Made by a program: the position numbers and the translations under genes
Source of the DNA: Acidobacteriota bacterium
Lineage (GTDB): Bacteria; Acidobacteriota; Terriglobia; Acidiferrales; 2-02-FULL-67-57
Assembly (NCBI GenBank): GCA_037442885.1
Contig: JBBIPK010000004.1
Span: 5,804 to 69,803, forward strand
Length of the DNA stretch: 64,000 nt
Reading direction: 5' to 3'
Shown: positions 31,563-39,348 of the stretch, piece after piece
How the letters are laid out: every line of letters starts with the position of its first letter
How positions within the stretch are numbered: the first letter of the stretch is position 1
Notes under the pieces: model-generated
The model's input: only the letters and a program-made list of their open reading frames with translations
Told to the model about the DNA's origin: nothing
The model's database searches: none

Positions 31563-32555
31563 TCAGCCGCGCAGGCTGCGCGCGGCCTCGACGATGACGC
31601 CCATCTTGCCGACGGCTTCCTCGACCGTGCGGGTCTTCAGCCCGCAGTCGGGGTCGAGCCAGACTTGTTCCTTGGGTAACACCTCCAGCGCCTGCTGGAC
31701 GCGCTGGCGCACGGTCTCGACCGGCTCGACGATGTGGGAGTGCGAGTCGGTGGCGCCGAAGCTGATGTCCTTGGTGAAGGGATGCTGGCGGAAGAGCGCC
31801 AGCATATCGAGGCCGCTGTTTGTCATTTCCAGATCGAAGTTGTCCACCGGCAGCTCGAGCATCTGCGGGTAGATGTGCTCGAAGGCGCCATAGCAGGCAT
31901 GGGTGATGAAGTAGGCGGGAAGATCGTGGGTCACTGTTCGCATGGCTTCGATGACGATGGGCAGCTCTTCGGGGCGCACGGAGAGGGCGGGCTCATCAAT
32001 CTGGATGATCTTGCAGCCAGCCGCGACCAGCGCCTCGACCTCTTTGCGGATGACGCCCGCCAGCGCCAGACAGGTGCTCTTGCGGTCGGGATAGAATTCG
32101 TTGAACGACCAGTCCATCACCGTGTAGGGGCCGGTCAACATTCCTTTCACCGGTTTCTTCGTCAGTCCTTGCGCGAACTTCCACCATTCGACGGTGATGG
32201 GCCGCTCCCATTTCACTTCGCCGGTGATCACCGGCTTGCGGTAGTAGCGGTTGCCGTAGCTGCGCACCAGCCCGCCGGTCTGGAACCCGGGAAGGTTCTC
32301 AGCGAAGTAGGCCACCATGTCGCCGCGGTACTGCTCGCCGTCCACGAGCACATCCACGCCCAGCTCTTCCTGCTTCTCGATCCAGAAGGCGGTGGCCTTC
32401 TCTTCGAGTTGCTGGAGTTCGGCGGCGGTGATCTTGCCGCGGGCAAAGTCGGTGCGGGCGCGGGCGACGAAGTCGGGCTTGGGGTAGCTGCCGACAGCCG
32501 TCACCGGCAGCAGCGGGAGTTCGATACCGAGTTGGGCGAGTTTGGCGCGGCTCAT
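31563..32555 (-). CDS. metE: Cobalamin-independent methionine synthase, catalytic (Zn) half
   Basis: VGSYPKP, DGEQYRGDMVAYF, KGMLTGP, IQIDEPA; Zn ligands HAC, E, PDCGLK. Confidence 0.9.
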   Translation of the reverse strand: MSRAKLAQLGIELPLLPVTAVGSYPKPDFVARARTDFARGKITAAELQQLEEKATAFWIEKQEELGVDVLVDGEQYRGDMVAYFAENLPGFQTGGLVRSYGNRYYRKPVITGEVKWERPITVEWWKFAQGLTKKPVKGMLTGPYTVMDWSFNEFYPDRKSTCLALAGVIRKEVEALVAAGCKIIQIDEPALSVRPEELPIVIEAMRTVTHDLPAYFITHACYGAFEHIYPQMLELPVDNFDLEMTNSGLDMLALFRQHPFTKDISFGATDSHSHIVEPVETVRQRVQQALEVLPKEQVWLDPDCGLKTRTVEEAVGKMGVIVEAARSLRG

Positions 32556-33541
32556 TTGGTCACGGCTCGGACGGCGGCGCGGATGGCGGCCATCCGCTCC
32601 AGTTTGGCAAAGGCGCGGTCGCGGGGCAAGTACTCGAGTCCGCAGGAAGGATTCAGGTAGCAGAACTCGGCGCGCACGCGGGGGAGGATGCGATCGATCT
32701 GTTGGGCAATGCTGTTGATGTCTTCGAGCTTGGTGTTGCGGCCGTCAATCAAACCGATGCCCAGCGCCTTGCTCGGCCCGCCCATGACAATCTTGTTCAC
32801 CAGCTTCGGGTTGTAGGTGAAGTCCAGCCCCAGAACATCAATCGGGAGTTTCTGCAGGCGTTCATAGAGAGGCGAGGGGTCGCCAAAATAGACGTAGAGC
32901 GCCAAGCGCGCCCGGCCCTTGTGGTGAGCAAGGAATTCGATGGCGCGGCTGAACAGCGGGTAGTCGGTCGGGTGTTTCAGGATAGCGGGCTCATCGAGTT
33001 GGATGAGCTCGGCGCCCCCCGCCGCCAGCGCTTCCAGTTCCGGTGCCAGGCACTCGGCATAGGCGTGCACGAGGGACTCGAGCCGTTGGTAGGCAACGTG
33101 CTCGACCAGGCTGGCGCGCGCCAGCGTATAGGGTCCCGTCAGCACCGGCTTGACCGGCTTGGGCGAAACCGACTTGGCAAACGCAAACTCGGGAAGGATG
33201 ATGCCTTCTTTCCGGCTCAGCGGGCCCTTGACCACGGGTTGGCGGAAATAGAAATTGGTGTCGAAGAAGCGCAGCAGGCCGTTGATTTCGACGCCCGTGA
33301 GTTTTCCGGCCAGATGAGAGATGGGGTCGTACCAGCGAATCTGGCCATCGGTGACGAGGTCGAGGCCGGCGCGCACCTGTTCTTCGATGGCGGCGCGCAC
33401 GGCGGTATCTTCGGCCGCCCCGAGGTGCTCGGTCGTCTTTTCGCCGCGCTCCAGAGCGGCAATCATGCGGCGGACTTCCTGCTGCTCGGGCGCTTCGCCG
33501 ATGCGCGGATAACTACCCGTGTTCGCCAGGAGCAGTCTCAT
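32552..33541 (-). CDS. Methionine synthase N-terminal-like half (split MetE partner)
   Basis: GSYPRIG, TDGQIRWYD, RFFDTNFYFRQP, DGRNT; no HxC Zn site; ATGA overlap with the catalytic half. Confidence 0.85.
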   Translation of the reverse strand: MRLLLANTGSYPRIGEAPEQQEVRRMIAALERGEKTTEHLGAAEDTAVRAAIEEQVRAGLDLVTDGQIRWYDPISHLAGKLTGVEINGLLRFFDTNFYFRQPVVKGPLSRKEGIILPEFAFAKSVSPKPVKPVLTGPYTLARASLVEHVAYQRLESLVHAYAECLAPELEALAAGGAELIQLDEPAILKHPTDYPLFSRAIEFLAHHKGRARLALYVYFGDPSPLYERLQKLPIDVLGLDFTYNPKLVNKIVMGGPSKALGIGLIDGRNTKLEDINSIAQQIDRILPRVRAEFCYLNPSCGLEYLPRDRAFAKLERMAAIRAAVRAVTK

Positions 33542-33631
33542 CACTTCAATTCTACTGAGGATTAGGCAGGCTTGGGAGGCAAAAAGCGAACCTCTGTGTC
33601 AAAAGACAACATGGGGAGGAGACGGTCTGCG

Positions 33632-34714
33632 CTACTGAGGGTGGGTGGTGCGAATCACCCACTGGTCGTCTTTACTCCCAAGGAACGTGAACCCATTCGG
33701 GGTGTAGCAGGCCAAGGCACCCCCGATTTCGGGGGTATCAACGTAGTGCGCAATTGTTTCTCCCGTGTGCCAATCTGCGACTGCGAATACATGGCGCTTG
33801 AATCTCCCGGAGGCGTGCCTTTCAACAAACATGACGACTACTTTGCCTGCCGCCGCTTGCATTGTTATAGCGCGCGCGTGCTCCGCAGGGGGTGTTATGA
33901 CAAGTCGCCGCACTACGTCCCCTCTGGGGGAAACCACGTATATGAGTGGCTTCGAAGTAGCACGCATTAGGTAGATATTCCCATCCTCCGCAGCCACCGC
34001 ATTTCCTTCGCTCAGGGCGCGCCTGAACTCAGCGACTGGCAGCCTCTGCGGAGTCTCGCCCAGCTTAGGTTCGGCTCCCTGCTCTGCCTCGACATCATCG
34101 GGGAGTGTCACTTCGGCAACCAGTGCTCCGTGTCGGTCGAAGATTCCCGTGAAAGGCTTCCCACCAGCTTGAATATCTGCATTTGTTTCAGTGAGCTTTT
34201 CACCCGAGGCGAGGAATTCTCCGGACAAGAAGACTGCCAGTTGTGCTGGCTGGAAAAACGCTTCCAGTTTGATTGTGGAGTCATGGTCCCCGTCAGATTC
34301 ATACCCCACGATTACCTGTTCGACCTTGAGCGGCTGTTCTCTGATCACTCTATTTGCAACCAAATAAACCTTGCCCCGCAAGTCCACAGCAAAATCATCG
34401 AATGTACCCGCGTTTTCGAATCCAGGAGCCGCTTCAAGCCGAAACTCGGCAGTTCGCTTTCCCTCCCGTGAAATCCTCATTACAGGTGACGCTAAATGGC
34501 GACCAACGGGATCCGTATAGCGCACGTACAGATTGCCCCGCGAATCACACTTGATCGGATGCATGATGGCCACGGCGTCTTCGGCACTGATGGGGACAGT
34601 TTCTCTGACTCGGAGGAGCAGTTCAGGCGGTTGCTGGGCCGACAGAGCCTGAGTAAAGCCAATGACGATCAGCAGGAGGGCAGCGCTCCGCCGTGAGGAA
34701 TGGGTTTTCCTCAT
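33632..34714 (-). CDS. Secreted hypothetical protein, probable beta-propeller
   Basis: Signal peptide, repeated blade-like motifs (DSRGNLYV, DLRGKVYL, EDGNIYL); lower GC. Confidence 0.7.
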   Translation of the reverse strand: MRKTHSSRRSAALLLIVIGFTQALSAQQPPELLLRVRETVPISAEDAVAIMHPIKCDSRGNLYVRYTDPVGRHLASPVMRISREGKRTAEFRLEAAPGFENAGTFDDFAVDLRGKVYLVANRVIREQPLKVEQVIVGYESDGDHDSTIKLEAFFQPAQLAVFLSGEFLASGEKLTETNADIQAGGKPFTGIFDRHGALVAEVTLPDDVEAEQGAEPKLGETPQRLPVAEFRRALSEGNAVAAEDGNIYLMRATSKPLIYVVSPRGDVVRRLVITPPAEHARAITMQAAAGKVVVMFVERHASGRFKRHVFAVADWHTGETIAHYVDTPEIGGALACYTPNGFTFLGSKDDQWVIRTTHPQ

Positions 34715-34721
34715 AAGCGTG

Positions 34722-35117
34722 TCAGTGCTTTGCCTTGCCCTGCTTCTGACCGCCAACGAATAGAGCGGAAGGCACGTAACCTCCCCGACAACTGGGGACA
34801 TAGAGGCGCGCCGAGAACCCCGTGTCAGCCACTCCGGTCCCCGTCTGGGGAGCGACTGCACAGGGTCCGCCACAATTCCCCATTGAGCATGCGCTCCCCA
34901 CGAAACACCTGCTGCCACACTGAACTCAGTCACACGCCCCGCAGCAGTTGATTTCGCTGTCGAGGCCCTGACAGGCAAGCACCGTAACCTCCTCACCGCA
35001 TCTGCAGGTGACGGATTTAGAGGTCAATCGCGGACATCCAGCCATGCTGTGCAGCGGCCATAAGAACGCTACGGCCAACACACCGACAATAGACGCAAGT
35101 TGGGTCTGCTTCTTCAT
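34722..35117 (-). pseudogene. Cys-rich secreted protein with in-frame TGA (nonsense or recoded)
   Basis: Signal peptide and 7 Cys, TGA at 34928-34926, then 6 more Cys in frame to a stop 7 nt before the next gene. Confidence 0.7.
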
Positions 35118-35147
35118 TGGAGTCCCTCGGCCGGAAATTTCTGGGTA

Positions 35148-35179
35148 ATTTTACCCCCCCCCGGTGAGGGGTTTGTCAA
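35148..35179 (-). promoter_or_regulatory. Sigma70-like promoter with G9 tract in the spacer
   Basis: TTGACA-20bp-TAAAAT on the minus strand; C9 at 35154-35162. Confidence 0.6.
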
Positions 35180-35240
35180 GCAGAATCATGAAGCTCCGTT
35201 GTTGGAATGGCTGGCGGTCTCGCTCAGGAATTGCCCACTA

Positions 35241-35302
35241 CCTCAGCGGCAAAAGCCGACCTCTTTTTCTCGTGTCGACGGCACGGCGAGAGCGGTGCCC
35301 TC
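35241..35302. repeat. Degenerate REP-like element, family B
   Basis: CCTCAGCGGCAAAAGCCG and GGCACGGCGAGAGCGGTGCCC resemble copies at 50417 and 61035. Confidence 0.6.
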
Positions 35303-35340
35303 ACGAGCGCTGGCTAAAATGAAACCCTAGCAGAATCTCA

Positions 35341-36186
35341 TTATCCCGTCAGCTCAACGCGAACCGAGCTCCGGATGAGCTTGGCGGCATGGGCGCGGTC
35401 GAGAAGTTCCTGGATGGCGCGCTGGCCGGTTTCGCCGCAGTCGAGCGTCCACTGATTCACATACATTCCGACGAACTTGTCGCCCAGCTCGCGCGGCATT
35501 CCGCGGCCGAACTGGAGGGCGTAGTCAAGCGCTTCCTTCCGGTGGTCGAGGGCGTAGCGGATGCTGGCTTCGAGCACGCGCGCGATGCGGTGGACAAGAT
35601 CGAGCGGCAGGTCGCGCCGCACCCCATTGCCGCCCAGCGGCACGGGCAAGCCGGTCTCGCCTTTCCACCAGGCGCCGAGATCGGCGAGGGCGTGCAGGCC
35701 TGCGCCGGCATAGGTCAGTTGCCCTTCGTGAATCAACAGGCCGATGTCCACCTCGCCAGCGCGCACGGCTTCCGGGATGCGATCGAAGGCGAGGGTAACG
35801 GTCTCGACTCCGGGCGCATAGAGTTGAAGCAGCAGATAGGCGGTGGTCAGCTTGCCCGGGATGGCAACCTGATGGCCTCGAAGGTCCGGAAGCGGCTCGC
35901 GGGCGACCAGCAGCGGCCCATAGCCGTCGCCGAAGCTGGAGCCGCAGCGCAGCAACCGGTAGCGGTCAGCCAGATAGGCGTAGGCGTGGAAGGAAATCGC
36001 TGTGATGTCGTAGGCGGACTGGAGGGCTTTCTCATTCAGCGTTTGAATGTCGGCGAGCACATGTTCGAACCGCAGGCCGGCGGTGTCGAGTCCGGTCTTC
36101 GCCGCGTGTGCCAGAGCGTAGAACATGAACGCGTCATCCGCATCAGGGCTGTGCGCGAGCGTGAGGGTGCGCGTGGCCGCGGCCAT
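35341..36186 (-). CDS. mqnD: 1,4-dihydroxy-6-naphthoate synthase (futalosine menaquinone pathway)
   Basis: HSPDADDAFMFYAL, GYGP, LLIHEGQLTY, GLPVPLGG, MYVN. Confidence 0.85.
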   Translation of the reverse strand: MAAATRTLTLAHSPDADDAFMFYALAHAAKTGLDTAGLRFEHVLADIQTLNEKALQSAYDITAISFHAYAYLADRYRLLRCGSSFGDGYGPLLVAREPLPDLRGHQVAIPGKLTTAYLLLQLYAPGVETVTLAFDRIPEAVRAGEVDIGLLIHEGQLTYAGAGLHALADLGAWWKGETGLPVPLGGNGVRRDLPLDLVHRIARVLEASIRYALDHRKEALDYALQFGRGMPRELGDKFVGMYVNQWTLDCGETGQRAIQELLDRAHAAKLIRSSVRVELTG

Positions 36187-36188
36187 CG

Positions 36189-36623
36189 TCAAGGGACGTC
36201 CACCTCGGTCATGATGTTGTCCCAGTGCCGGGCGGTGATCTCCCAGCGACGTTGCTCGGCGCGGCGGTGCGCGTCCGAGTCAGGATAGAGCCTTCGCTCG
36301 ATGGCCTCCTGCTCGGCGCGGTTACCCAGCGCGGTGAAGTCGCGATAGACGAGAATCACCTTGTAATCCCAGGCCGGGCCGCCCTGATGGAGGAAAGGCC
36401 GGTAGATGACGATGCGCTGGATGCTGCCGAGTTTCTGCCGCTCGCGCAGGATAGGCAGGTGTTCCTTGGTGTAGAGCGCGAACCACTCCTCTGCCTTGCC
36501 CGGAGCCAGTTGGTAGTAGCTTTCGACGACGGGCTGCAAGGGCGTTTCCGGCGGCGCTGGCCGGCTGAGGAGCGGAACGGCCAGGGCTGCGATCAGCAAA
36601 GAAGAAAGAAGAACACGTGGCAC
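36189..36623 (-). CDS. Secreted NIPSNAP-like/dimeric alpha-beta barrel protein
   Basis: Signal peptide from GTG; YYQLAPGKAEEW..HWD. Confidence 0.55.
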   Translation of the reverse strand: MPRVLLSSLLIAALAVPLLSRPAPPETPLQPVVESYYQLAPGKAEEWFALYTKEHLPILRERQKLGSIQRIVIYRPFLHQGGPAWDYKVILVYRDFTALGNRAEQEAIERRLYPDSDAHRRAEQRRWEITARHWDNIMTEVDVP

Positions 36624-36685
36624 AGCTATCCTCCTCTGGGATTTCAGTTGGCTTCCAGGACTTGATCTTCCTGCCCGCAGGCCGC

Positions 36686-37282
36686 TCAGCTTCCTCGCCG
36701 GCGCTCCAGCGCCCACCAGGAGGCCGGCAAGCAGACTCCCACGAGCATCATCTTGATGACTTCGCCCGGAACAAACGGCAGCAGGCCGGCTTGCACGGCC
36801 TGCAACCAACTCACTCCCGTGACGTACTTCAACCAAACCGTCCCGTAGCTGAAGATGACGGCTTCGGCGGCGAGCAATGCCCCGACGAGAGTGGTGACCC
36901 GGCGTTCGAGAGACGTCTCAAGCACCTTGCCCACCAGAAACGCAGCCAGCGGGCACGCCCAGAGGTAGCCCGCCGTCGGCCCCAGCAGCCGCGCCAGCCC
37001 CGGCGCGCCCACGGGGGCAAAGACCGGCAAGCCGACGGCGCCTTCCGCCAGGTAGAGCAGCAGCGCCGCCGCACTCCGCCGCGATCCCAGTGTCGCCCCC
37101 AGCAGCAGCACGGCGAACGTCTGCCCCGTAACCGGCACGGGGCTGAACGGCAGCGGCAGCGCCACCTGCGCGCAGAGCGCCACGAGCACACTTCCCGCCG
37201 CCACCAGCAGCACGTTCTGCGCGAAGCTGGCGCGCGGCAGAATAGCTTCGAGCAAAATCGCCTGCGAAGGTGAAGCTTTCAT
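36686..37282 (-). CDS. bioY: Biotin ECF transporter S component
   Basis: PVPVTGQTFAV, YLAEGAVGLPVFA, GPTAGYL, PFVPGEVIK. Confidence 0.92.
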   Translation of the reverse strand: MKASPSQAILLEAILPRASFAQNVLLVAAGSVLVALCAQVALPLPFSPVPVTGQTFAVLLLGATLGSRRSAAALLLYLAEGAVGLPVFAPVGAPGLARLLGPTAGYLWACPLAAFLVGKVLETSLERRVTTLVGALLAAEAVIFSYGTVWLKYVTGVSWLQAVQAGLLPFVPGEVIKMMLVGVCLPASWWALERRRGS

Positions 37283-37412
37283 CGTCAGCACTTTTCCTCT
37301 GGTTCGCTTCCCGGCGAACCCGGATTCTACACCAGCCGGGGCACAGCGTGTGCAGGGAAAAATCAGGCCGCGTGATACAATGCGCGGAGCTGTTCGCAGG
37401 GAGCGTCCACGC

Positions 37413-38138
37413 ATGCGCCGAATCCTGATGCTCGGGCTGTTCGCGATCCTCGTGGCGTGCGGCCAGCGGGCGGATCAGCAAGAGCTCGAGCGGCTGCGGC
37501 AAGAGAAAGCCACGCTGGAAGCCGAGACCGAGCGCCTCCGCGGCGAAATCCGCCGTCTGCGCGGCCAGCCGGAAACGTCGAGCGCCGTCGCGCAGTTCTT
37601 CGCCAACGACCCGCGCGCCGGCACGCTCGCCGGGCTGACGCCGGGGGATCCGATTGAGAAGGCGCGGCTGCTCTTCGGCCGCGAAACCCGGATGAATGTG
37701 GACGGACGCGAGCGTCGCTCGGACTACGAATGGGAGTTGCCCGGCGTCACCCTTCGGCTGGGTGCCGACGACAACGGCCGCATCTTCCGCATCGGCGTCG
37801 TCGTGGACACCAGCCAGCCGCCGATCATCGCGACGCTCGAGGGCATCACCATCGGCAAGGACACCTTCTTTGATACTGACAAGCGGTTCGGGCGGGCGCT
37901 CTGGACGAACCTGCACATCTGGGGCGTCAACAACATCTACACCGTGGCACAGACTCTGCCGCGCGGGGAAGGGCGCGCGTGGCAGTTGCAGCTTGCCTAT
38001 GAAGTTCCCAAGGAACTTTCGGCCGAGCAACTGGAGCGCATCCGGGTGGAGGTGGGCAAGAACCGCAACGTCGGCTACCTGATGCAGTTTGTCGGCGACC
38101 GCCTCCCCTACTTGATTGTCCTGGAAGAACCCCGCTGA
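37413..38138 (+). CDS. Hypothetical lipoprotein
   Basis: Lipobox LVAC followed by a short coiled coil. Confidence 0.7.
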   Translation: MRRILMLGLFAILVACGQRADQQELERLRQEKATLEAETERLRGEIRRLRGQPETSSAVAQFFANDPRAGTLAGLTPGDPIEKARLLFGRETRMNVDGRERRSDYEWELPGVTLRLGADDNGRIFRIGVVVDTSQPPIIATLEGITIGKDTFFDTDKRFGRALWTNLHIWGVNNIYTVAQTLPRGEGRAWQLQLAYEVPKELSAEQLERIRVEVGKNRNVGYLMQFVGDRLPYLIVLEEPR

Positions 38139-38146
38139 GCAAAAAA

Positions 38147-38174
38147 GAAATTCGAAACTCGAAAATCGAAAAGC
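38147..38174. repeat. Tandem heptamer repeat (GAAAnTC-like)x4
   Basis: GAAATTC GAAACTC GAAAATC GAAAAGC between convergent genes. Confidence 0.75.
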
Positions 38175-38176
38175 GG

Positions 38177-38557
38177 TCAGGAACCGGGCGAGGGGACGGT
38201 ATAGCGGCGGAGGAGGGCGGGGAGGGTGGCAGAGAATTTCGAGCGGGGGAGAACTGCGTCGCAGCCGGCGGCGCGGGCTGCCTGCTGCACTTCTACTTGT
38301 ACGTGCGAGACGAAGCCCACCACCGGAACGGACCCGAGCGCGGGGTCGCTCTTGAGCTGTTGGATGAGGGCAACGGCATCGGCGGAGGTGGCGTTGAGGT
38401 CGAGAATAATCACGGCAGGCCGAGCTTGAGTCAATCGAACGGAGGTGAAATCGGCGGGGCGGATGATCTCGCTTTCGAGGCCGACTGACTTGGCCGCGTC
38501 GAGAATTTTGGCGGCGAAGAAGAGGTCGTCCAGGACGGCGACGGCTTTCGCCGCCAC
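38177..38557 (-). CDS. Stand-alone atypical receiver-domain protein
   Basis: VAVLDDLFF, IILDLN, ARAAGCDAVLPRS; Arg in place of the conserved Lys. Confidence 0.75.
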   Translation of the reverse strand: MAAKAVAVLDDLFFAAKILDAAKSVGLESEIIRPADFTSVRLTQARPAVIILDLNATSADAVALIQQLKSDPALGSVPVVGFVSHVQVEVQQAARAAGCDAVLPRSKFSATLPALLRRYTVPSPGS

Positions 38558-38739
38558 TACTTTCCCTGTTCGTCCCGGCCGACGCCAGCTCCGACCGGTT
38601 CCTTCTCCTCCGCGCCCTCGCGGTAGCCCTTCTTGAAGCCCTCGACCATCTGCTTGCCGGTGCCGCCGAGTTCCTTCACCAGCATGCCGGCAAACTTCCC
38701 CAGCGTCTCGGCCATCTCGGCAAATGCTTCTTTGCCCAT
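38557..38739 (-). CDS. Small hypothetical protein (60 aa)
   Basis: Strong SD GAGGAG; amphipathic helix; stop overlaps next start. Confidence 0.65.
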   Translation of the reverse strand: MGKEAFAEMAETLGKFAGMLVKELGGTGKQMVEGFKKGYREGAEEKEPVGAGVGRDEQGK

Positions 38740-38753
38740 CGCGTTCTCCTCTC

Positions 38754-39188
38754 TTACTTCTCGTCGGTGGGACCGCGGCCGCGCAACCGATCATACGCGG
38801 TCACGTGGCAGGTGGTTCCCAGCGACTCGTTGTAAAAACTCGGAATCCCGAGAATCGTGCGCAACTCTTCCGTCACCTTGTGCAGTTCCTTCAACTCGTC
38901 GGCCACCACCGGGACGCGCGGAGTCTTCCCCGGCTCGGGGCTGGCGTCGCCCAGCAGCCAGAATTTCTGATAGCCGGCATCCCAGAGCCGCGCCAACTGC
39001 CCGCGGATGAGATAGCCGGGCGGCTCCTGCAAACGCAGCTTCCTCTTGCGGTCGCGCACGAAAACTGCCGCCACGTTGTGCTTGCTGGCCTGCACGCGGC
39101 CGTCCGTGAGCTCCGTGCACTCGAAGCCGTGCGTGCGCAGCTTCTCGAGCACTTTCTTGTCGAACAAATAGTCAGCGAGCGGCCACAT
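38754..39188 (-). CDS. Conserved hypothetical protein
   Basis: Coding-like codon usage; GYQKF and YNESLGT motifs. Confidence 0.7.
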   Translation of the reverse strand: MWPLADYLFDKKVLEKLRTHGFECTELTDGRVQASKHNVAAVFVRDRKRKLRLQEPPGYLIRGQLARLWDAGYQKFWLLGDASPEPGKTPRVPVVADELKELHKVTEELRTILGIPSFYNESLGTTCHVTAYDRLRGRGPTDEK

Positions 39189-39348
39189 CCCAATTCCGAG
39201 TCTAGCTGAGGCGGCCAACCCAGGCAAGCCAGCCCGGGCCGCGAAGAGATTTGTCTTTGCCGCGTGGTGGTGGATGTGGTAGTGTGCGCAACGACAGGGC
39301 AGGTTTCAGTTTGGGCAGTTCCGAAAAGACCGAGGCGCGAGGCATACC

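Noticed and set aside
33545-33631. SAM or cobalamin riboswitch upstream of metE
   Set aside because: The region is too short, lacks conserved cores, and the gene appears leaderless.
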